The translations under genes and the position numbers were made by a program. Positions 10,962-23,294 of a stretch of 64,000 bases of DNA are shown in pieces; position 1 is the stretch's first letter, and each line of letters opens with the position of its first letter. Source of the DNA: Struthio camelus (lineage: Eukaryota); assembly GCF_040807025.1 (NCBI RefSeq), contig NC_090942.1, forward strand, positions 204,310,640-204,374,639. The letters run 5' to 3'. The notes under the pieces were generated by a model. It did not search any database. It was not told the DNA's origin and worked only from the letters and a program-made list of their open reading frames with translations.

Positions 10962-13280
10962 CCCCCCCCCCCCCCCAGAAGGTACTCAAATGAAACTGTT
11001 ATCCTTTTGAAGATACTTCTAACAAATACTAAGACTTACATGAATGGAAGTGTTCCTGTTTGGAAGTATCTGAAGAAACAACATAGATAGAGTTTTAAAA
11101 TAATAGCATGTATTGCTAATCAAGGAAGGGATTGACTGCAGGCACTGGTGAACACAGAAAATGGTGTTTGTAGTGAAATAACTTACATTTCACTGGACCT
11201 TACTGTCATCCTTCTATTTTCAGTCTATGTGCCGTTCCCCCTCCTGCTATTCCAAACAGGAGGTCAGACTAGCCCTCAAACATACCCAAATAAGGAAACG
11301 CAAAGTGGACAGCAACCTTGCCCAAGACTTGAGGATCAAGTAAGCAAGACTGAAGTAAAATACTCATCCCATAGTAACATGGTTTCCCTAGAAGGTGTAA
11401 GAGACCTGTTCAAAACCTAGCGTGTTGTAATGAGGGTTCATGCCTTGTCCTCCTTGTTACAGGCAAGGAGTCCTGCACTTAGGTGCTTGTGAAGAAGCAG
11501 GGGTGAGTGCTATGAAGATCTGTAACAAAACGACTGAGTAGCTGAAACCAGTTCTGTTTAAAAGGAGCGTCACCTTCCCCTTATACAAGGTTAAGATTTG
11601 AATTTTGCTACACTGATTTCCTGTACTGTCTTCCTACCTAATCTAGACAACATTCTCCATGAGGAGACTGCAGAGGCTGAGCTCTATAGTAAAGGATGTA
11701 CTACACATCCAAAAAACCTTACTGACTATACCAGTAAAAAACCCTAAACTTTCAGATGCATGTTCAGCAAGCTACTGTTTATTCTAACACCTTCCAAATG
11801 AATGCTGCATCTCTGGAAGTGGGGAGGAAGTGAAAGGACACACAAAATACATTAATCTGAACTTTACTGAAAACAAAAAACAAAGCACCAATACAAGTGC
11901 ATTCCAGGAGGGGGCATGGGGCGGGGGGAAGAAAAGAAAAAGCAACAACCCTCCCCGCCCCTGGTTTCCGTTCCTGATTAAGATACTGGTACTGGAGAAG
12001 TCTGTCGCCAAAAACACCTGAAACACAAACTAGAGTTACATCACAGGAATATGACTATCACCTTCCCTTCTAAAAGGAGATAACAAACAAGTGTGCCCAG
12101 CATTAGCTCTTATATCTATTTAGTGCTCTACATTTATTCCCTCTATTCCTATAAAAAGGATTTCACAAGAGAAAGAGATTTAAGGCTCTAAGTCAAGAAT
12201 GCCTGAAATGTAAATTGACTTTTCCTATTTCAAGATTCAGAAATCTAGGGAGTATTATCTATAAAAGCAGATCAGAAGAGAGCTTATTAAAGGGAAGGGA
12301 AAAGTAGTACACAAAGTAGCGCTGGGCAAAAAGTTTGAGGATCACATCACTATCAGTCCTCAGTATTTTTTGTAGCCACTATATGCTGTGGCTATTTAAT
12401 TTCATTACATTTTTCCATGTTTGACCAGATGTATGGACATCAGTTAATCATCATGGTATCATGGATCTCAGCCTGCGAACTACTGGCACAGAACATGGAG
12501 AGCAAATGCTGATAAGGAACAAATTGTTATGACTGTGGGTAGCAGACATTGCCAATCATTTCCAATTTATCTTTTTCAACGATTAGCAGCAAAAGCTCTT
12601 CCTGTTACATTGCCTGAACTTCTCTTTGTTTCAGTTCCTGGTGGTTCTTAAAACTATATACTGTGGGCTTCAGTAATTTGCAATTAAAAAATTTCTCTGC
12701 AAAATAACAGCTTTTTGGAATAGTGGGAGTATACACAGCAGGGATCATGGTTAAAAAAAATCCAGTTAAAATGTTTAATATTTATCCTTTAGTGTCCCTG
12801 CCCCCACAGGATTTAAACTCATTTTAAAATCAGAAAGCTTGCAAACGTCTAAACAAAACAAAGAAAGCTCTCATGAGTAAAGACATCCAGTTGTAGTAAA
12901 TCTATATTACAGTGACAATTTAGTCCTTTGCTTAAAACTGCTGATATAATGGCCCTTCATAATGCTATGAATTCGTAGTTCTTATTCACTGTACTTACGC
13001 ATTACTCATCCAGATCTGCAAATCCCATTTCTATTAGTTTCATATGTACTAGGTTTTGGTCATCTTCAAACAAAGAAATGGTAACCTCTGGTGAAACAGC
13101 CTGAAAACCAGGAGTTGACACTTTTCAGAAGCGTGACAAAAAACAGGTTCAAATCTCAAAAGCTAACCAGTATTAAAGTTCACTCTACCAGCTATATTCT
13201 CAGCCCAAGTTAGAACTGTGAACATAAAGAATTATTTCTCTTTGTAGCAGAAGGAAACTGGTTTTAAGAAAGAAGAATGC

Positions 13281-13370
13281 TCAGAAACTTTTCGCTTGTG
13301 GGATTAAAAGAAGAGCCACATGATTTTCTCTCTTCATCAGTGGTACCTTCATGGTGAAAGGTTCACTTTT
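13281..13370 (-). CDS. RNF17: candidate RNF17 terminal coding exon (KSEPFTMKVPLMKRENHVALLLIPQAKSF*)
   Basis: It is in phase with the preceding exon (phase 0) and resembles the human C-terminal ...HPVHMPLVEMGLA... The acceptor is purine-rich and weak. Tentative. Confidence 0.25.
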   Translation of the reverse strand, partial: KSEPFTMKVPLMKRENHVALLLIPQAKSF

Positions 13371-13469
13371 CTTTTTTCCTTCAAATTAATATGGTTCACA
13401 GTAAAACAAACACTCAGAAATTATACTAAGACTGCTAATAAGAATTTTGGGCCAAGCAAGAGCTGAAAG

Positions 13470-13472
13470 ACA

Positions 13473-13499
<27 letters not shown>
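13470..13499. repeat. A30 homopolymer (U30 in the RNF17 pre-mRNA, starting 12 nt into the intron after the donor at 13510)
   Basis: A run of 30 A on the + strand, immediately 3' (in minus sense) of exon 13511..13700. Confidence 0.9.
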
Positions 13500-13503
<4 letters not shown>

Positions 13504-13510
13504 TTCTCAC

Positions 13511-13700
13511 AAGTATAGAAGCAGAGAGCTGTTTTCCTTCAACACACTCCATCATAGCCCACAATGCTTCCATGCTCCATTCTGGGCAATAAGGAATTCT
13601 TTTCTTGTTTTTATCATATACAGGAGGTCTAAATCCAGCCAGCAGAGCTCGTACTGCCTGAACAGGATAATGCAGCAGATGAGAAGGTATCTGACGCAAT
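13511..13700 (-). CDS. RNF17: RNF17 exon, C-terminal part of the last Tudor domain ([64 protein letters not shown])
   Basis: Minus-strand acceptor ttttag|A and donor CTT|GTGAGA. Coordinates were anchored to ORF 13421..13699. It matches human [26 protein letters not shown]...[24 protein letters not shown]. Confidence 0.75.
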
Positions 13701-14233
13701 CTAAAACAAAATGAAACATTTGCCTCGAACTATCTGTCAAGCTAAACCGTTCATAAGGACAGAAGGATAGCTTAATGATTAATGCAGTAAAGCTAAGGTC
13801 TAGAAACTGGAATTAGAATAACTGCTCTACAAAAACTTGCTGGTATCATACTGAACAATTCGGTTAGGCCTAGGCTCTCTAGAGTAATTCAGCATGGTAA
13901 CAGTCAAGAGGCAGACAAGTATCCTACAGAACCCTCAGAGCGTTAGGCACCCCAGCTTCGCTTACAGTGCCTGGGGAGGAGATCCAAGTGCCTGCCACAG
14001 ATTTGAGTAAGGAATGCAAAATCAAATCATGCAAGGTAACCAGGGGACACAATGCAGGCTCCAAATCTGTTGTGTCTAGAAAACGACAGGGACCTTTGCA
14101 GTCAGAAGCGTTCATTCCTCCAAGCATCCTAGTCAAATTACTAAAAAGAGGTAGTTTAATATTATCTGCCACTTCTCTCTCTGTCCATCGAAGAAGCAAG
14201 GGGTAGAAGCAGAGCAGGAAGTGCAATCCTGTT

Positions 14234-14264
<31 letters not shown>

Positions 14265-14835
14265 CTCCCCAGCACCCTAGTAGTTTGGGAAGTAGGTACT
14301 CGGTTCAAATCTAAATGTTGCTCATGTTACACAAGGGCCTGTAGATACTTCAATGCTCTTGAAAGCAAGTCTCTATGATTAAGTAGTAGTTATACAAATG
14401 AAAGAGCTGCAACAGAGAAAATTTAGAGAAGCTTAGGCAACCCAAAAGCCTGAGCGTTTGAGACGCTTACCTGGCGTTTGCGGGCTGAGGAGCAGTTCCC
14501 AGACTGGCTCAGCACCAGACAGAACAGGAATTTGATCTTCTCTTTTCCACACAAGCAGCAGGGGGTGTGGCCCACTAAAACCCTTATCTTATTCCCCAGC
14601 TGTCTCCTGTGCAGCCTGTACCTTGTTGACATGTGTGCCAAGTAGTCTCACAGGATCAGACGATGCCTGCACCTGCAGGGTTCTGTCCCTATTTTGTGTA
14701 AACTTCTCAGGTGCAAAAGCAGATTATAAACCCAAGCCTACTTCACAGGTTGTGAAGCACGTACCCTGAAGATGATGGAGCAGTCAGATATTATCATAAT
14801 GGGTCACAGAACCCGAGAAAGGGAGGCAGGTACAA

Positions 14836-14893
14836 CCTACCTCTGCAGACAGAAACTCATTTAACCTACCTCTGCAGACAGAAACTCATTTAA
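14836..14893. repeat. 29-bp perfect tandem duplication (2 copies)
   Basis: cctacctctgcagacagaaactcatttaa occurs twice, head to tail. Confidence 0.85.
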
Positions 14894-15050
14894 CCAGCCA
14901 ACCAGCTTTCTCTCCAACTGAAATTTAATACTGAATTATTATTTATAATATATCTATAATTATATGCACAACTATACAGTATATATAGCTTTATAAGTGA
15001 ATATTATATACATTAGGTAAGTTTATATATTTATATACTCATATATTTAC

Positions 15051-15186
15051 CTGCTGGCTGGGACAACTGAAAAATTACCATAGTCAACAAATTGAATGAG
15101 GACCTTAACAGGGTCAAATTCTTTAACAGCGAGGAGCTTTGCTCTATACCATAAACCATCATTGTATTCAACAAGGCAAGGCATTT
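15051..15186 (-). CDS. RNF17: RNF17 exon, Tudor core (EMPCLVEYNDGLWYRAKLLAVKEFDPVKVLIQFVDYGNFSVVPAS)
   Basis: Acceptor ttttacag|AA and donor AG|GTAAAT. It carries the canonical Tudor motif DGLWYRA...FVDYGN. Phase links to both neighbouring exons. Confidence 0.85.
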
Positions 15187-16161
15187 CTGTAAAAATAAAA
15201 AAAAAAACAACACCCACCAACGTATACTCACAATGCAATGCAAACTGGATGACCTTTAAAATCAGTTTTATTGCATAACTGATACTTCAAACTTTTACTA
15301 CTTCATATTGCTATTTTATGCTACGCATCCTCCAATTCTCTCGGCACTCCAATTCACAATCATTACTATGCAATTTAAGTCAAGTTTCTGCACCTCAAAT
15401 GGCAACTGTGAGACTTAACAGAAAATTGCTTGGTAAAGATGGAACCAACCCATTTAACACCTAAACTCTTACTTTGACTCATTCACATATTCCAGTTCGT
15501 AAACAGATCAATCTATAAAGAGCTGTCTGATAGAGACAGTCTTGAGGAAAAAAGGCAGATATTGTCTAAAAGCTCACGTAGAATTCTCCTCGTTGGTAGA
15601 ATCAAGACCTAGCAACAACTAGCTTCCTCACAAAGCTCTAGACCCAGAAGTTTTATATTGCTGTAGGCCTAGCAATTGTGGATAAGAGAATGAAAGTCCT
15701 TCTTTCACCTAAATTGAGAAATCCAGAATTGAAGGGAACTCTCTAGGGTTCACGTAATTTTAAGGTTTCGGTTACATGACTTTCTGTACACAAACTTTTG
15801 TCTTTTGAGTATTTAGTACCAAGACTGACATAGAGCTTCAGTGAGAGTCACCTTAAGGGAGGAATTTATTATTGTCATAAAAGTATATCAGCAGCTGCAA
15901 TGTGAACACAGTTCATAAGCGTCATCAGGCATCACAGAAATGAGAGTTCTTTCCATCATCTTCTAGCGGAACCAGACGAGACAGAAGTCTCAATTTCATG
16001 CAAAGTAGGAACATATGAGAAGAGTGGGATTATTTCTTACTCTCCAAGTAAACTCTATTTAAAGATGCACAGAAACATAATTATTCCTATTCCACAAAAA
16101 TAATTTTAGCCTTTTTGTACAACCACATGGAAGAACAGGGGAAATAAACACACTAATATAC

Positions 16162-16318
16162 CTTTTCTGAAGTTTGTTAGAGGAGGAAGAGAATCCACAT
16201 TTTTATTGCACCACTTCAGGGCTTCATCAAGGCTCTCCAATACAGAGTTGTTGCTGGCATCCCTCTCTGCGTTAGACTGCTTTTTAAGGCTCTTGGAAGG
16301 ATCAAGGCAAATATATAC
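16162..16318 (-). CDS. RNF17: RNF17 exon (VYICLDPSKSLKKQSNAERDASNNSVLESLDEALKWCNKNVDSLPPLTNFRK)
   Basis: Acceptor ttctgaatag|GTA and donor AAAAG|GTATAT. The terminal 1 nt plus the next exon's AA gives Glu. It matches human VYICLDSIETSKQS...[24 protein letters not shown]. Confidence 0.75.
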
Positions 16319-19300
16319 CTATTCAGAAAAAAGGCTCTCATGTTATAATTTTTGCAGACTTCTTGTAACTTTCAAATTTTATCAGTGATCAAAGAGTATT
16401 AGAAAGATACTTGTTCCCATCTTGGGAAGATTCAGCATGGCCTCTCTCCCCTACCTCTTCTTTCCTCAACCTATTACGAATAATTTCACATTTACACCAA
16501 CATTTTTTCCCAAATAAAAGAGGGTCACTATAACACCACATCTCATAATGTTAAAGAGTAAGAATGCAAGAAATATACATATTAGAGAGCATATCCATAT
16601 TCAGATATGGATATTCAGAGCTGTGACCAATCAGGATTCCTCCCTTGTGCTACCTGGTAAATATTCGTGCTTCATAATGGCAAACCCAAAGACTAATTTT
16701 AAAATTAATGACTGAAGAAACAAACTTTCTGACATTCCATTCACCAAGTTTGTAATTCGGTCATCAGCAGGTCAAGGAAATGAAAGCTTAAACATCACAT
16801 ATAAAATGTAATATTTAGATTTTAGCTTACCTACCCGGAAAGCTTTTCTAACTGGAATTAAAATCTTTATCTTTTTTACACAGCCATTTTAGTATACTAT
16901 GATATTCCACTAACAGCCCAACGAATGAATGAGTAGATTCTTTTTGTAAGTTACAATCATGACTCACCAGCAGTAAATAAAATTAGCTTTAATTTTCTAA
17001 TTTTCTATATAATATTTATCAAGCCACAAGTCTATCATGCAACTGCTACTTAAAGCTACAGGAGTCAAAAGCAGGATCTAGCACTTCTCGGCATTCATCC
17101 TGATCAAAAGCAAAAGAGTTCAAATCTTTTACACAAAAGGAACCCAAAGTTTTGATTGTACCATTTCTCCAGTAAGAGAGGAAAGAGAACAGACAACCTA
17201 AAAGTCCTTCACTAAGGTGAACAAACACTTCTGTCTCGTACGTTCAGAACAGATGAATATGTTCAGTGTACATTGTTTTTGGAGATATATGTTTTTCTTT
17301 AAGGAAATTAGCGTGGTAAATTTATGTTAGACCACAATGCTGCATTTAAAACAATCACGTGAGTACCATAAAACCAATTATTTGGTTAACATATTTACCA
17401 GAACAACAAACTCTCGAGTAGTTCAACATAACTTAAAAAGACCTTAGATTTTGTGGCACTATCAGCTTCTTACTGCTTCCTGCTTTCAGACTTGATTCAA
17501 CACTCAAAGTCTGCATATGAATCTTTTAATCAATCAGCATTACATTCAGTTCTTTGTCTAGGAGACTACTAGAGAGAAGTTGTTTGGGTTTGTATTAATA
17601 AAAAAAAAAAAAAAAAACCAATGCTGAATCAGTAATCAAAGACAAATAACTCCATTATAATAGCCAGAAAACGTTCACATTTCTATGCACATTCCAGTAA
17701 TTTAGTTTTTGGAGAATACAGAAAAGTATTGCAATTGTGACAAGTAAAAATCTAATGACCTCTTTTCTTATCATACAAGATGAATAAATACCATAAGTGA
17801 TTCCAAAAATTCAATTTTTAGGGGAATGTGAAGTATTAATTTCTCTGCTTGCAGGAAGAAAAACTATATTTGAAATATCCTCATTTGTATTAACTAACAG
17901 CTGCACTATGCAACCATCAGTATCAAGAAATAAGTAGCATTTTGCAACCTTACTGATGCTTCTTTATCTTGCCTACAACTGTTAGCCATAATTTCGTGTT
18001 AACTAGCCTGACAAGACTCTAATATTCCTTTCTACAATATTTGAGACATTTATCAAACATACCTCTCTAGGGGACACAAGATGGGTAACTCTGACAGGAA
18101 AAGTATCTCCTGGAACAGGCAGTGATGGCAACGTATACGGAGGCAAAACAGGAACATCTCCTTCAAGTAATTCCTAGACCAAGACAGACTTTAGTCAACC
18201 ATCACATTTAGTAATAAACTACAAATTGACCTTTTAATCACTTCTGATGAGAGGAATCATCTAATAACGTACACAATGTATCATCGATAGAAAAGAATAT
18301 GTATTAATTTTTCTTTGGATTGTTATTAGGTTTTAAAACAAGTTTTAGCTAAAAGAACAGAACTATTTAATAAACACTGAAATGGTCCTAATGTGCTGAC
18401 ATGCTAACTTCTTTGCTACTAATGCAAAAATGACTGAAATATCTATTCCTTTTAAAGAGATAAAGTACTTAGAAAGAAAACTTAGAATACTTAGGAAGAA
18501 AAACTAAAGTAAAAGCAATTAACTAGCATAGATTAACCTGAATGCCCCATTTTCCTGCAGCTCACCAGAGAAAAAAATTGTATCTTTGGCGAAAGACAGA
18601 GTAATTTAACTTCTTATCCACAAGAATTATCACTCCTTTTAAAACATAACAGATTTTGCGAAGTACAGATAGGTATTGTTTCACTAACATAACATGCTGC
18701 AATGTATCTGCTTCTAGCACCAGATACTTCCCAGTTTCAGTTCTACATGCCATTAACTCATTTGGTTCACAACAAAATAAACCTTAGTGCATTAAATGAT
18801 GTCCTTATAATGATGTGTCTGCACAGCACACAGCTCAGCTGGGTCCTAGCTCATGACTACAGCTCCTAATCTCTCTGGTACTTTAATACAACACATTACA
18901 AAAGTTACCAATCTCTCCAAAATAAAGGATGTCTTTATGTATCTATTTAATGAACAGACTTCATTACATCCAGAACTTGATTCAGAAAAATAAAGAAACA
19001 TGAAAGCAACCAGAAAACATATAACTGCAAAATGAACCAATAAATTCCAACCTGTATTTTTTGTAGCACCTGACACGGGAGAGAATACAAGAATCTTTAT
19101 GTTCCACAGCCTTAACAGGAAAAAGTACCTGTTCTATCGAAAATATTCTATCCTAATAGTTAAAGAAAGACTTGATTAATGATGTACTACTAGTAAAGAA
19201 AGATGTCTGAACAGCCCCTTGTTTGGCTGTATTCTAGATACATACACCAAACTAAAGAGCAGAATTCTGCAAAACGCTCAAACACTGTGACAGGCAATCT

Positions 19301-22250
19301 GATTACAACTGACTGCAAACAATCAACTGAAATTTCAGCTTGTTCCCAACAGTGCACTGCAGCTAGGTCAGGTGGATACCTATCTCAGTCAGCTCTTGTG
19401 TACGTTTTTGAAAGAAAGAACTGCATCAGTAGTCTTGCCGTTATTATTGTTAGCAATCTTTTCTTATGGTCAATAGATCAGTTACTGTTATCTATTACTG
19501 TTATCTGCTGTTTTCTACTATCAGTCTACCGTTAATCTACCATACTTTGGCATAGACGGTCCGGTTTTGGAGAGCAACGCTAAAGGACGTCTACCAGTTC
19601 CACCAAGACACATTTAAGAGTCACCTATGCCAAACAGTTGTTCCCCATCCTTTCTGCCTTTGTATCTCATCTTTAAAAATGTAAAAATGGCCTATATTAA
19701 CTGCTCTTTATTATGTTTGGAAAGGCACAGCAGAAATTATACAATATAATTTACACATTGCAAAATTCAGTATACTTAGGCAACTCAGGAGATCAAATAC
19801 TCTCACCTTTCAGCATGAAAAAAATTAATTCAAAGTAAGTGGTAGGCTTCAGTGCAGTGTGTTATGTTGTACTTCTGCAACATATAAAAAGCTTTGTTTA
19901 TGAACAGCCTACCTGACCCTACCCAGCAATGTGAGGCATTTAAAGATATTTTTAAGATCATGAAGGCTGAAGAGATATCCTGGCAAGTCTTAAACCCTGC
20001 ATTTCCCTGGAAAGGACAGGGTATCTAGTCTTTACGCTCATATTACCAAAAGGAAAGCATAAATGCCTTCTAGGAGTTCGCAGAATGCTTTTCCACTAGT
20101 CCTGCTGCACTGATGTCAACATCAGAGAGACAGCATGTCTTCCTGATGTCAAAGATGGTGGGACTTAAGACCCGCACAGCTGGCCTTTAACTTATGTTCA
20201 TAATCATTTGACATTTCCCCTCCAAATAGGCTTGTCTTGTTGCACTCTTGACAGGGAAGCAACAACGTAGGGTATCTGGCAGGTCTTTTAGTTATACAGA
20301 TCATTGGTTTTAGAGGAAATTAACTGCCTATTGAAAAATGGGGAATAGGGACAGGACAAGTCAGCCTTCATGCAGTTTAAGTGCTAAATCATACAGAAAT
20401 CTCAGTGCTTGAATCTGTAATGAAGCATGCCGTACAGCACCATCAACAACACTATTTGCTCTCCTCATTTAGGATGAAAATCCATGCCAATGGCTACAGT
20501 ATCAGTGCCTGAGAAATCTGCCCTCTTTATGCTGCTGCTGCTTCTGCCTGAATGGTAACACTGGACTGAAAGATTTCTCTCTCTGCTTGAAAAGATAGTG
20601 ATCTCTGTCTAGAAACGTTGACAAAATCTGGGACAGCTCCTGGTGATGCTGGAAGCGTTCAGATTGGCAAGTCAGTAACAACAAAGATGGCTTTGCATCA
20701 AGTCTTCTCAGCACTGTCTTTGGTGTAATTTAGAAGGCAGATGACCTTGGCTTATATAGCTGACTGACTAGTCAAAACAAAACAAAAAAAAAAAAAAAAA
20801 AAGGTCTTGTCACCTCAAGGGGGAATTGAGAAAGTATGGCCATTTGCTCAGACAAAGATATAGCAGCAATGTGTTAATCAACTTGAGAAAGAATAAAGCT
20901 TAAACTGTAAGTTTCAAGTACCCCACAGTAAAGGCGTTTGTCTGGAATTCAGTTAAAGATATAAGTAGTCGATGTAAGGAATTTTGAATTGATTTTGGTT
21001 CAGACGGATGGAAACAGCTTGCAGCCAACTGCTGTAGAAAAAGTAGTTCTAAATATCTGTGAAAAAAAGCTTTTGTTAGTCAAGCCTGAGCTAAGAACGA
21101 GCAGATTAAACCCTTGCCTGTCAAATGAAGCAAGTCACCCAAGCCTTAATATGTGAGCACAAGGAAGCCTATGGCTACCTGGTTCTGACTCACAGTCACA
21201 TAAAAACACCCCTCTCCTCCCCCACAAACCACAGTGACTCTCAAAACAATCCAAACAAAAAAAAATACCACAGTATAGCGGTCTTACGTATATATATGTG
21301 TACTTAGAATGAGATCCGTTGTTGTAAGCTCATCCAGAACCCTTGGGGTTCAGATGCCCTCTCCAATATCCTGCTGCCTATTAAGGAGCTTTCTGCGTGA
21401 GGATGGAGCTAGGATTATCATACAGTAACTAGCACCTGATAACACTACAGTCTTTAACTGACCTATGCAGCTCAACAGAAGGGTGCCTCAAGGCAGCAGA
21501 ATAGCGGCCCTGCACAAGCAGCTTAGTACCGCTATTAACAGAACTACAACAGCCACGGGAATGGAACACAGCACTTACCAAACCACTTACCTAAAAACAC
21601 AGATCTGAAGTAATGAAATAAAGTCACAAAACTATAAAGTAGTAAAATACATAATGATTATGCTTTATATAACAACCACTTCCTTTAGTCAATGTAGAAT
21701 ATTGTCTGGCCTTGTTTAGCCTCTACAACTAAACCCAGAGAGAGGTATTATCCACCTGAAATTTAAGTGTACCTGATCTGAACGAGCTAGGTCAGAAAGA
21801 AACAGCAGTCCCTTACCGAAGTCACGAAGAAATAGCCTTTCCAATAATTTGTGTTTAAATGCTTTTCTGACACTAACTGCTAATCTGTTCAAGTGATAAA
21901 AATATTACTGTATTATCATCCTTCTTAAAGTAAGTTTTAGATGAGCACAGAAAATAATTACACTTTAAACAGAAGCGCAGACAAAACTCTGTTTTCAGAA
22001 AGGAGCTCAAGAACAAACTCTTGGCAATTCACCATTCCATACAATTTTAACAACACATTGTATCTATACTTTTTATGCTAGGGAGCTGTGTATTTAGTCT
22101 TACTGCTATTTACATTGCAAAACTGTATAGAAACATAAAAAGAAATAACAAATCAGCAGAGATCACAACAAGCAACCGAGTATGCTTTTTTAATTTCAGA
22201 ACAATTACAACAGCAAAAAAAAAAAAAAAAAAAAAGAAAAGAAAACTCAC

Positions 22251-22376
22251 CAGCTTTGACATGTCCTGACAACCTTCAACAAGACAGTACTTTTGGTACG
22301 CCATGAGGTAAGAAAGTGACATTCCATCAATATACAGGCTGATGGACAATTTGCCCCATGGATTATCTGGTAGTTC
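22251..22376 (-). CDS. RNF17: RNF17 exon ([42 protein letters not shown])
   Basis: Acceptor gcaagtag|GAA and donor CTG|GTGAGT. It matches human [31 protein letters not shown]. Confidence 0.7.
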
Positions 22377-22439
22377 CTACTTGCACAAGACAAAATAAGA
22401 TTGTAACAGTAAAAGTGTGACTGAGGTTTTAAAAACAAC

Positions 22440-22560
22440 GGCCAGAAAATTCAAACCTGTGGTTCCTATAGGTGCCATAACGATAGGTATGGTACGATAC
22501 TTTTTGGACCATATAGTAACCATAGGTATCATTAACTGTAGGTACCGTTAGGTACCATTA
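22440..22560. repeat. degenerate minisatellite of (A/T)TAGGTA(Y)C-like units
   Basis: Five or more copies of ataggtatg, ataggtatc, gtaggtacc, ttaggtacc or ataggtgcc occur within about 120 bp. Confidence 0.5.
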
Positions 22561-23213
22561 AGGAGACAAAACCAGTAAGAATGGCTAGTAAGATTAATTA
22601 CGACACAAATTGGAGTATGACTGCACGTATCTCCGGAACGGCAGTGATGACTACCCAGTCTAACACCGAAACATTCTCTCATGCTTGCTCCCTCAAAGTT
22701 AAACCCTCTTCTTTCACAATTTATCATCATAAACTAAATTACCTGAAATCACAAGTTTTCAGGAGACAGATATTCATGTTTCCCTATAGCATAATATATT
22801 AATTTAAGCAAGCCCATACCTATTTTCCCCCAATTTTAACCAGTTAAAATTGGATTCTGAAGAATTTCTAATGTAAGTGGCTTGTAGATTGCAAATTGGC
22901 CGATTCGGTGACACAGAATACAAACAATAGCAAAAAGCTTTAACACTTTTAAAGGACACATCTAAGGCCTGATATCTATGACAAAGGTAAAGTCAAAGGA
23001 GAAATAACTTCAGCCTTTGAGCCCCCTTCCCCCTCAAGGGCAGTATAAAGATTGAGGAGCAGATTAAACATTTTGTCCAGGAAATCTATTTATTGTTACA
23101 CTACTTGATCTAGTATTCATAATGTAAGTTTAAAAAAAAAAAAAAGGCAAAAAGAAGAAGAAAAATGGCAAGACAGTAAGGATCATTCTTCATCTATGAA
23201 AGAATTAAGCTAC

Positions 23214-23294
23214 CTGAACATGTATTTCAACCTCTTCATCAGTAAGTAGCTCTTGAAGGAGATCTATTGCATCCTGCTGCCAAAAATTTCCAAT
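23214..23294 (-). CDS. RNF17: RNF17 exon (IGNFWQQDAIDLLQELLTDEEVEIHVQ)
   Basis: Acceptor caccaaatag|ATT and donor CAG|GTAGCT. Phase runs 0 to 0. It matches human [27 protein letters not shown]. Confidence 0.75.

Noticed and set aside
14440-14480. U1-snRNA-like start 'acgcttacctggcgtttgcgggc'
   Set aside because: Only the CTTACCTGG 9-mer matches U1. There is no Sm site, no stem-loop series and no snRNA promoter elements (PSE/DSE). It is judged coincidental.
17046-18753. Minus-strand ORFs 17046..17228 (…FCVKDLNSFAFDQDECREVLDPAFDS) and 18562..18753 as RNF17 exons
   Set aside because: They are protein-like, but no acceptor-plus-donor pair gives a phase-consistent join to the neighbouring confirmed exons. 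They may contain real exons with different boundaries. They are left unannotated rather than guessed.
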